A stretch of DNA of 64,000 nt from Neodothiora populina (Eukaryota), in the NCBI RefSeq assembly GCF_041146345.1, contig NW_027191408.1:372001-436000 (forward strand), given 5' to 3'. The notes beneath the pieces are model-generated. The model worked only from the letters and a program-made list of their open reading frames with translations. It was not told where the DNA came from and searched no databases. Positions 23,636 to 35,100 of this stretch are shown here, piece after piece (the first letter of the stretch is position 1; every line of letters begins with the position of its first letter). The translations under genes were made by a program, and so were the position numbers.

Positions 23636-24854
23636 TGTATAGTCAATGGCGATGATTATTCGATATCGACAACGAACGATGTATCGTCTGAACGTCTGGA
23701 ACTGTCCGCAAACGCTCGAGTCAAGAATGCTGTGAAGAATGGTGCGTGCATGAAGAATGGGGATGAACTGATCGTGATATAGCCGTTGCTGGTCAGAAGG
23801 CTGGACTATGCAGTGAAGCCAAAGCACAGGGCATCATCCGAAAAAAACAGGATGGCAGGAAAGTTATGAGATAGTGTACGACTTGTTCTCTGCCCTAGAG
23901 TGAATAAAATAGATTGAAATGTTGCCAGTAATCAATTGTCCTACCTCGTGTTCCGTGCTTATTGAGTACACCTACCTTTATTGGTCTAATCGGCCTGCAA
24001 GACCTTGATTTGCAGGGCGCCAGCTCAGTGACTAGTGAGTGCCTATGCCTTGCTTTTGAGACCATTGAAAACAACTTGGCCATACACACAGCATCATTCG
24101 AGAGGCGGTGGCGTCGTTGCACGAGGTAATCAATTGCAGTGAGCGGATATGCGATGTATAGGTCATACGCTGGATAGAGAAAACAAGCGTACGAGGTCTG
24201 ACAAGGGATGAAGTGGCGGGAACGCGGAGAAGTGAAAACAGCTTGGTGCATGGTGGCTGGTGCAGTGCTGCAGGAACAACTCGAGCCGCTTTTGAGCTCA
24301 ACAACACTGCGATCTGGACAAGGAATCGCCGGCGACGTCTTACTCACACACGTCTAGATTGGCACAAATATTGGTCTCAATTGTGCACTTGACTATTAAG
24401 GATAAATTGAGACTTGTGAGCGAAGGGACAACACATTATAGATTTAGATTCATTGCAATGCGACAAAGCGATATATGAATATGTTCTCGAGACAAAACAA
24501 TCAATATCTATAGAATCGATAGCATCATCTTATTGATCTGTCTTTCATTGCGAAGAGTCGTCCACGAGCGCTGAGCCTGTTATATTATTTCTGATTAGCA
24601 TGGTTCTCTAACCTTCATAGTGTGAGAAAGGACTTGTTTGTTTTTCCATAATCAGACAGCAGTTGGACAACGAAGGTTTGATCCACATGATTTTAGATAT
24701 TAAGCAAAGGTCTGTGATATTTCGCTCTTCATCATTGTAGGGAACATTGTGAGGGAAAGTAAGGAAAGGTTAGGGTCTCACCATTACTGCAGCCATCATG
24801 CGTGATGCAGGTATCATTGTGGTGATATACGACAGCCCTTAAGGACTCGGTGAA

Positions 24855-25876
24855 TTATTCCTTCTTTGCCCGCTTGAAGAACGAATCCATAGTTTTCTGT
24901 TTCTCATCGTACTGTGCGCGTCCGATGCCGCCACGGGTACGTTTGAACCCTTGCAGATGCTGTTTGCCATCGACCATGAGTATGGTGGTCAGACAACCAG
25001 CGAGGCAGGGCTGCCTTGAGATGTTACCGCTGCTGCTGCCGCCGTCATCATTCCGATTCGGCGGTGTGGATGGCTCATGACGGCCCGCGCTATGGCCAGT
25101 AACAGCCGTAGCCTCTGACGATGGATCATCGTTGTCAGGCGTCAAGCGCGCGGGAGCAGGCTGGATAGGCTTCAGCAAGAGCGACAACTCAAGATAACCG
25201 GTATTACTCCATCCACCCAAGTGCTCCAAGACCAGTGGACTTCTGGCGGCGCTAACCTCCGGAACAACAGTGAGACTCCTGCGAGGTAAGCGTAGAAGAA
25301 GCCTACGCCACAGATTTGACAGCAGAATGCCATGCGACACTACGACCACCACAAGTTCTTCTGGGGGACGTTCGCCAGACTCGAGTAACGGAATGAGATG
25401 TGTATCGAGGAAATCATCACTGCGCTTCGCCATCGAGGCTTTCGACTCGACATCGACGAAACCAGGCTCACTCTTGTGTGCGTCATGGTGAGCTTCTCTT
25501 CCAGTCTTGCTGGGAGAATCGCGTTGGCGAGCATAGAAGGGCTTGCCTTCGTAATAACCAAAGTCCTGCTCAACCAACTGCTCGACTTTGGTGATCGAAA
25601 CAGCCTGCGTCTTCTGGGCTGTTGAGACAGCTTCAGCAGTCTTATGTGCCCTCTGAAGAGGAGAGGCAAAGACGTGAGTCAGAGGAAGTCGATTATCAGC
25701 GAACCAGGCGCCAAGGCGTCGAGCTTGCTGTATGCCATGGTTGGTGAGAGCAGAATCTCTGCTTCCGGCGCTGGCTTGATATTAGTAGGTTTCAAGGCAT
25801 TTGCGAGCGATAGAACACACTATATGCCAGCTACATTATCAACTGTCTCGCCATGTCGGACCAGAAAGAGACGCAT
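24855..25876 (-). CDS. Histidine phosphatase (phosphoglycerate-mutase family, TIGAR-like). Intron 25820-25771
   Basis: MRLFLVRHGETVDNVAGIY|AGSRDSALTNHG, FASPLQRA, EQDFGYYEG, VVSHG and WSNTG motifs. Confidence 0.9.
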
Positions 25877-27304
25877 CGAGCATCTCCGCTGGTATCAGAA
25901 GCAGGAGCATGCCGTTTCCAAGATGTTGTGATGTAGAACGAAGTAGAAGCTATTGACCCTGCAGGATCTGTTCAGCGAAATGACAGCACATTGAACGTAC
26001 CGAACTTCAACCGGCGTTCTTAATAGCATCACATACTTGACAGGCCGTGCTCCTCCATTATTCGGCGATATGGTAACCCTGTGCTAGTTATCGTCATTGA
26101 TACAACAGCTATGCTTAGCTGGCGAGGCTGGCTACCTATATATATAAATGTGTAATTCGACTCAAGCAAGACACCTCACATTGTATGTGTATGCGATTAC
26201 AAGTGCTACCCTGTTTCTTAGACCGCTGCCAACCGTAGTATACAGTACTACTCCGGCCATTCTCTAACAGGCAAAAGGTCGACCGTGCCTTTCAATTTCT
26301 ACAAATAAGGTATCTACTTTTCATGTTGAACTGTATCAAATGTAGGACAAGTGGAAGCATAAATCGAGACAGTGCTCCATTAGACCGAATTCGACAATAA
26401 CTGAATGTTGCAATATAGTTTGCTTGCACTTCTCCTACCCTCGCCTATTTTCTGATATCGCCCTTTACCTCTTGATGAACTCTGAGACTAATGACAGCAT
26501 GAGCTGCGCGGTAGTCGCGAAAGTCATTGAATCAACATGACAGCGCTCAGCGCTGAGTGCTGAGTGCTGAGTGCTGCATACAGTGTCAAGACCGTATAAA
26601 TCGGGCATTACATCTTGCCATACCATAAGAAAAACATTTGTCGATGCATCTCACAGGTCGAACCTGCACCAATGACGGCAATGGTCAAAGTTGTCGGTCA
26701 GCGGCACGTTTGGAAAAAGCAGCTGCATTAGTGCGATAAGCAGTGCAGCTTGAACCATGCAGGAAAACTACCTACTGTAAGGTGAGATAGACAATGGGAG
26801 GCTGCATGAGAGTCGAAGTAGACAGATATCAACCCCCCTTTGCGGCTGCTACAGGTTCACTGTCTAGCTTTATATGCTTTCCATTGGATCCTTTGATTAT
26901 CAACAAGAGCATACAAAACTCAGGCGCCATGAATGTCAGCGAGCCCAGCAAAGGTTGACCAACGAACTGGAGAATTAACTGCTAAAGCTTGACTTACAGT
27001 AGCTCCCCTCAAACAATCGAGAAAGTTACACAAAATGTTGCTGTACCAGGTGTACCCCAATCCACTTATCGGCCCAGACTTTAGAGTAAACCCACGTTGC
27101 GGCCTTATCGGGGCGGTAGCGTATAAGCAAGGAAATTCGGAGTCTGGGGCAAGCCATCAGGTTACTGAGGGGCAATCCTCCTTCACAGCTTCTGTCCTCA
27201 ACCCTCCTGAATTACATATCACTCTCGCTGTATCCATCATAAAGCTGTAACCTTCAGAACTTGATCATCGGACAGGCGGTCCATAACGGCGCATCAGAAC
27301 AAAG

Positions 27305-29836
27305 ATGCAGGGAGTAGTTGCAGGTGGCAGAGCTCGTTCCAACACCCTCGGCCCAATCGAAGACACATTTGTGGTAAGTTGATTTTTGTGTTCGTGCTTG
27401 CTATTTCTCCCATTCATCCATGCACTACGGCTCTATTGTTCCTGGCAAGTGTGAGCTCTACCACTCGACATCTCGTCAATCGAACGTGAGGTTGATACAA
27501 TACCCGAGTTCGCCCGCGTGTCATGGCGTCAGGGCCGAGGCGAACACGCGCTTCTTACATACATTACGCATCCATCGTCGGACCACGCCCCATATTTGCA
27601 CGTTTACATATTGTACGGAGTACTTGTAAGGTGATCTTGCCCTTTCACTTGTCGCTTCGGCATCCCTGGCCGGGACTTGTGCATACGGAGCGAGGATCTG
27701 GGGCCCCGAGAATCGTCCCCAAGTTCGGTCAATGCCTTAATATACCTATTTTATATCATGCCACCACTGGACTGGGATGGTCAGAAGACACAGGCAAAAT
27801 ATTTTGGAAACGCTTCTCGAACAACTACAAATACGTCTCGTATTGCATCAAAGCGGGGCGATCATCGACCCCGCGACTTCTAAGTCCATCCGGAACTGAG
27901 CAATTCCGGAAAGTCGCGAAGGCGGTGATGCTCAAGTACACCTTCCATATGGGAGTTCTCTGACCTATCAATTGCACACCCCTGCCTTAGTACCTGTTGG
28001 AGTCGGCCATACCACTCTCCACCACAAAGAACATTGTCGGTACCCATCGGACACCTGGACTCATCCCGCTAGCTACCACACCTCGACCCTCAATTGAGGA
28101 AATAATACCCTTGCTCAGCTTGCAGAAAGGCCTCTCTGTTCCATTCAGAGATTCCTGAAAACATATTGGTTCTCGAGGAACACTTTGAACACGTTTAGTT
28201 CGAGCTTCCCCCATCCTGGGCAGAGACAGTCACAACACACCTCGCCAATTCACCCTCTCTCTCCGGCAAGATGAACGGAGACTCGCACCCAGCGCCGGAA
28301 CAATATATGCCTCACATGCGAAAACTTTCGTTATCTGATTTTATGCGTCCTAGCCGCAGAACTAACGGAGTTGGCATCCAGGCTGATGAAACGAGGATAT
28401 GCGTTGTCATGGTGGGCCTACCCGCCAGGGGTAAAAGCTTAATAGCTTCGAAGAGTAAGGCACTACCCTTTTTCAACTTCGTGGCAGCATGGTCTAACAC
28501 GAAACTCTCTCCCCAGTCGTACGTTACTTAGGGTGGCTCAGCGTTACCGCGAAGACGTTCAATGTCGGACAGTACCGCCGCTTAGGCACGCCCAACCCGC
28601 CTGCCGAATTCTTCGATGTTCACAATGAAGAGGGGGAAAAGCTTCGTAGGGCGGCTGCCGAGGCAGCTGTCGCAGACATGATCCAATGGTTCTCCAACAA
28701 CGAAGGGTTGGTGGCCGTCCTGGATGCTACGAATAGTACAAAAGCACGAAGGAGATGGATCCAGGAACGCTGCGACGCCGCCGGCATTGAGACTCTATTT
28801 GTCGAAAGCAAATGTGATGACGAGGATCTGATCATGTCTAACATTAAGGAGGTTAAGACAACATCTCCGGACTACAAAGGGCAGGATCCAGAAATTGCAG
28901 CTCAGGACTTTCGTGATCGCATCCGCAATTATGAGAAGGTGTATCAGACGCTTGATGAAGACGAGCAGGATCTCACTTACTGCAAGCTCATCGACGTTGG
29001 TGGCCAGGTCATCATCAATAAGCTAAAGGACTATCTCCAATCTCGGGTCGTGTATTACCTCATGAATCTTCACATCAAGCCTCGATGCATCTGGCTGTCA
29101 CGTGTAAGTCCAAAAGCCTTCTGATGCCCTCTTGTAATCACTGACAGTGCCAAAGCACGGCGAATCCGAGTTCAATCTTGGTGGCCAGATCGGCGGTGAT
29201 GCCAACATCTCGGAACGTGGCGAGTTATATGCTCGAAAACTGCCTGAGCTTGTCAGACAGTCAACTGGCGGACAACAGCTTACAGTATGGACTTCAACCC
29301 TCAAGCGGACTATTCAGACGGCACGATTCCTACCCTATGAGAAATTATCCTGGAAAGCACTGGACGAGCTGGACTCGGGTGTTTGTGATGGTCTGACATA
29401 TGCCGAGATTGAAGAACGCTACCCTGAGGATTTCAAGAGCCGCGATGCAGACAAATACAATTACCGTTATCTCGGTGGCGAGAGTTATCGTGATGTTGTA
29501 ATCCGGCTCGAACCCATCATCATGGAACTGGAACGAAGCGAGAACATCCTCATTGTCACCCATCAAGCCGTACTCAGATGCATCTACGCCTACTTTATGG
29601 GTAGCTCGCAGGAGCAAAGTCCATGGATGGAGGTGCCCCTACACACACTCATCAAACTTACCCCAAGAGCTTACGGCACTGTTGAAGAGAGATGGAAGGC
29701 AAACATCCCTGCTGTCAGTACTTGGAGAGGCAAAGGTAGCCAGGCAAAGCATCAAGACCCGGTCGAGCATGGTCCAGGAGGTGAGGGCTCCGACGGGCCT
29801 GCGGAGTCTGAGGCAAAGGACACTCCGGCAAAGTAA
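27305..29836 (+). CDS. FBP26: 6-phosphofructo-2-kinase/fructose-2,6-bisphosphatase (Fbp26-like). Proximal start 28271 or distal first exon 27305-27373; introns 28455-28516 and 29104-29155
   Basis: ICVVMVGLPARGKS P-loop, FNVGQYRR, DATN, WLSR|HGES, LDELDSG, GGESYRDV and THQAVLR. The 5' exon structure is uncertain. Confidence 0.9.
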
Positions 29837-32180
29837 GCGCATACGGAAACCGATCAAACGGCGGACTATCACCTTTGGCAACGGCCTGAAGCTCGCTGGC
29901 TAGAATGAGCCACTACTATTAAGTAGGCACATCCGCGGCTCATCGTGGACTTTTCATGTATGGTAAAAGTGAGCTCTAGCTAGCGGAAGACTGCCTCGAA
30001 GCATTCTTCCAGGGTTTGGAACCACCAACTTTGCTTCGTGGTGACCTCCGTTAGGCCACATTCGCGGGTCTGTTCGCAGTCTACCCGTGCGAAGCTGGAT
30101 TAACACACGGCGACCGTGTCTGCTATAGACTTACTCCATCATATGCACTTTTGGCGGCAGCAAATGATTAATAGTAGGCTTTCTAATGGAAAGCACGATG
30201 GTATGTCGGAACAGCATATCATATGAGAAAAGCATAGTAGGATTGAATTTGTTTTCTAGTCGCTAGCCTATCATGCGGATATGGAAGGCATTGTCAGCTA
30301 GTGTCAAGCAAGCAGTATTTTTGGCGACATGATCATAGAACCATACTTCAATCCACAATCCGAACGAACTATGCGAATGTTCGGATTTATGTCTATGTGA
30401 TTCTTCAACTCTCGGGTCATTCTCGGTTTCCTTCGACTCGAATGTTTCTGGCATGTCCGACAGAGTGGACTGAGACCGGCTGGTTGTCTACAAGCGCTGA
30501 AACGAGATAGGTGCATATACTCCTTGGCCGACATGACGTTAATGGGATACTATGTGTAAGCTAAACAATGATCACGAAACCCAACGGATGAGATCAAATG
30601 CACACGTGGCCGAGTGTTACCAAGCGAGAGGTTCCACAGCTACCTTACCAAGGACCGCTGGTCTGCAAGCGAAACAGCAAGCCTGTGTAGCCTGATAAGA
30701 CTGGCCAAGCGAGGTGGTTGCAATGCTACGATTCTATCAACACAGCTTGCACGGATGGAAAAATCATGCCACAGTCAGCGTGCAAATGCAAAGGTTCGAG
30801 CATCTGCACATCAGACATGGTTTATGGACACTGCGTAAGCTAAGGTACTTGTACATTGAAGTGTCACTGCAGCCTACCTGCGTGGTTGCCTTACTCTGCC
30901 ATGTGGCATCCTTGTACGATAGGCAGGTGCAGCAAAGTAATGCAGGCGAAATACTTGGGGCGGGCGGCCTCTAATGCCAAGCGGCGGTCTTGCAGTACAG
31001 AACTGTATTGCACCTGAAGTAAGGTGAGGTCGTTGACCCCGGCATTCTGCAGATGCATAAGGCAAAGTAAGGCAGTGAGCTCATTCCATCAGCAAGTGTT
31101 ATATGTTGGTCATAGCACCATGTCGAGCCTCGTTAAGGTAGTTTCATGCCCTCAGAGGCATGGATTCGAGAGTCTTGGCTGCTTATATCCGACTGTCATA
31201 AGATCTCGCATTCCGCCCGTACGGGGACGGCGATGGAGGCGTTCGGTCTCTCGGTCTGAGACTGTATCTGCATGTGGCAGGCTCACGGATATCAGTATAG
31301 GGGAGCTCAGAGATGACCATAGATGTATATGACCTTGCACTGTTCGAGTAAAGGTCACGGCAAGGTGCCTTAGGTTGTTACTCTTCATAGACTTCGGCGG
31401 GTTGTCAATGTTCAAGTGACGCAACAACGGATGGCCCAAGCATCCTCTACCTTACCTTACATTTACGTTAACGCGATCATCGGCAAATCGGTCTTTTTCC
31501 GATGCATTCTCTCTGTAATATAAGGGCAGATGTACTGTTAGAGTGGCATAGAAAGTGAAGCACAGAAGCGTGAAGCAACCCAAGGTCCAAAGTCATCAAG
31601 CAGCTTGACCAGCTTATGTACTTTACCGTACCGAACCTTTGCCTTTCCTTACTCGACTTTTGTCCTGAAACTTAATCCATCCATCAAGCTCTGACTCTCC
31701 GTCACTCTTTGGTTCTACGCGTTGTTGCTTCCTTGAGACACAGGAAAGCTCGACAACACTTGGAACTCCCGCAGCCACCCACTGAAAAAAGGATATTGTG
31801 TGAAGGACCTGGCATAAGGAATAGCGCTGCACCGCTTGGCCCATTTGCCAGTCTATCGATCACTGTCTTTTTCTTCCTTCACCGGTCTGCGTACATCATC
31901 ATCATCATTTGTGCAGACGGGTCCAAAGTCATCGGCTTTTCACACGCTTTCATCATCTACCTTGGTACTCTTGCCAGGTACAGTATTTACTGCGGACTTG
32001 TTTCGACACTGCATCCAGTCGTGCTCTGTTCTGTCTGCCAGCACTGCATCTGTCAAACAACCACCACCATTCTGTCTCGTGGTGACGAACAACTCGAATT
32101 TTCCATCTCAGCGATCAGCAATCTGAACAAATAAATCAAGCTGGTCGAGCGCAAGCGGTGCGCTCGTGTTTCGGCACGCC

Positions 32181-35100
32181 ATGGGGAGGATTAAGAAGAT
32201 CGCCACCGAGCGGCATGAGGCGTCTGTTGTATGTTCAAGATGATCTCTATCAAATAGTCTGATGGATGTAGCAGAAGCTGACATTATTCCAGTCCCCTTA
32301 CGTGAGCGACTTCATTAAGCAGACAGTCGATCTACCATTACACAAGCTCTCACAGCACATCACCACATTTCCCATCAACTGGCCCTTTCCCCGTGGAGAC
32401 CTCTACCACTGGATCCCGACCTTGAACCGGTTTGACCATGTTCTCGAACTCTTTGTCAAGCAATATGCGCTCGACCAAGGTTCCCAGACCCAGCCATTCG
32501 ATGTGAGGTTACTCAGCATGGGCGATAGCGAAGCGGAACCTTCTCCAACGCCCATCACCAAGGAAGAGTTGACTGAAGGTGGTTTTTCAGAGGAAGGCGA
32601 TCGGGAGTTGATCGAAACCATTTTACAATTCACGCGCATTCTCCTGGAGAGATGTGGCAACAGAAGCCTGTACGCCAGCAGCAGCCATCTGAACCATCTG
32701 CTCAACACTGTCTCCCTCACTCTTCTGAAGGCTACCTTGCGAGTGACTCTGAGGCTGGCTCAGCGCTACCACACCTCTCGCATGCGCATGGCGTCGCCAC
32801 ACACCCTGAGTGCTCTGCTGGCTGGTCACTACAGCATCAACCTCGACAAAATGCAAAAGCTCGCGAGTCCATTCCCTAAGAAGGTTTCCACTACAGCAGC
32901 TATCCTCGGCACACCAGTGAAGAGCAAGGGCAAAGTTCCTGATGATGTGGACTCTGCTGCAAATACTGCCGACATTGCAGGCATGGTCAAGGCCAGCGAC
33001 ATTCCTCTGCATTTCAAGCAGGATCTCTCGAGCGTCCAATTGTCATATTACGAACAAGTGCCTGCATCTGCGACCGATGCCAAGTCAACCGCGACTGCTG
33101 CTGCTGCTGCTGCCGCGCCCGTGGCTGCCCCACTGGAGCCTGTAACTCCTACACCGGCTCGTCGCAGATCTAACCTGGGACCTGGCTCTGCTTCTAGACA
33201 TAGTGGTGGTGACGATACGGCTGACACACCGTCCAAATCAGTCGAGACTCCGGATGGTCATATCGCTTCTGAAGGGCATGCACCTACAGGACCTAGGTTG
33301 TTTGAACTGCAGCCCTCTGAGCTAGCCAACGAACCTTCCTGGAAAGTCGTCGCAGACCACAAGGCAGATGTACCCGACGCGTATCTGTACGATTTATTGC
33401 ATAGGGTCCGCATCGCATCCGCCTTCAACTCGTCCAAGCAAGCTGTCAATGACTTGGTTGCTGTCAGGATCCTGGCGATCGCGAACGTGGCCTACGTGTA
33501 CAGCGAAACTCAATTCTCCCACAAGATTGCCCAGCCCGATTCTGAGGAGCCTCGGCAGACACAGTTAGCGCAGCAGTTGACGGAGATGCTTCAGCCTCCA
33601 AGCGATGGACAGCAAGGAATATCGAAAGAAATGATCGTTATTGTCATCATGGCTCTGGAGGCCCTTACCAAGACAAAGTCCAAAAGCACGGAGGTGACTC
33701 AGGCTCTGAACATCAGTGTCAGCCACGGTGTACTTTTCTATATACTTCGTAAGGTCCAGGCCACCCTGGCCGAAGACAATCTACCGTTCGAGGAGTATGA
33801 TTGGTGCAAAGACATGCTCGACCTCGTGCAATCACTGGCACAGCCCTCTTCACACCAACAGCGCAATGCAGATGCCATGGTCTCTGCTGGTTTCATTGGC
33901 ATACTTGTGGACATCTTGAGTCTTCGCACGAAGCCTGCCCAGGTCTATTTCCCTGCTGCTTTGCATCTCATCGATACATTTATCCACAACGGTGTCAGAG
34001 ATGCTTTCACGGCCTTGGTGAACGCAAAAGGTCTGGACGTTCTTGCCGATTTGACCTCGGAAGAGGTACAGCATTCCCTTGAGGCTGTGGAACGTGGAGA
34101 ACGTTTTCCTGCCGAATACAGGGCACAAAGCACGAATTACCAGATTCCCTTCATCGACCAGTTGATCCTGAGACAACTGCTAAAATTTATTGCGCACATG
34201 TATGCTCACAGCATTGGTACGAATGATCGCCTTCTCAGAAATCTCATCGATTCGCCACAATTATTGGGAGCTTTAAAGACTGTCATCAGCAATGCCGATC
34301 TCTTTGGCTCCAATGTCTGGAGCGGAGCGATCAACATCCTAAGCAGCTTCATACACAATGAACCAACGAGTTACCAGGTCATTGCCGAAGCTGGCTTGAG
34401 CAAGATGTTCCTGGAGGCCATCACCCAAAAGCCGATCACGGTAAACGACCTCACCACTGAGCAAGCAGCTACATCCGGGGACGACTCAGAGGAGGTCGTG
34501 GCCCCCGTCCCGAATCAGTCCGCTACTACTCCAGTGGACACAGGCAACAGAGCCCCAGCGCAAGGTATCTTACCTGTCGGTGAAACCATGCGTGATATTC
34601 CCCCTGCTTTCGGTGCTATTTGTCTAAACGAAAATGGCTTCCGCATGTTCCAGGCCTCCGACGCGCTCGAAAAGTTCTTAGAGATATTCGAAAGCCCCAA
34701 TCACGTCAAAGCAATGGAGGAAGAGAGCGACGTCGCAGGATACATAGGTCAATCATTCAACGAGCTTGTCCGGCATCACGATCAGCTCAGAGAGCGCATT
34801 GCGATCGCGACGCTCAGTATGGTCAAGAAGGTGGTCAAGATCTGCGAGGAGCGCGCCAAGTACAAGGGCGTCGGGGCCAAGCTCTGGGTTGAGTCTGACT
34901 CTAATTCAGGACCAATTGTTGCAGGCGGTCGCAAGACTCTGGAAGGCATCCACTTGAAGGAGTTGGAACAGTTCGAGCAAGCAGGAGTCAGTGACTTTCA
35001 CACTGCTGTTGACCGCAAAGTAAACGACTGGCTTCCAGACGCTACCGACCCAAATCCGTCGGTCGCAGAAAAGGACCTTGAGAGTGATGATCTAATCAAC

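Noticed and set aside
24350..24850. AT-richer intergenic stretch considered as a RIP-degraded transposon; also a lone AGGGTTAGGG-like word near 24767
   Set aside because: No terminal repeats, no TE protein remnants, no strong TpA excess; a single telomere-like unit is not meaningful.
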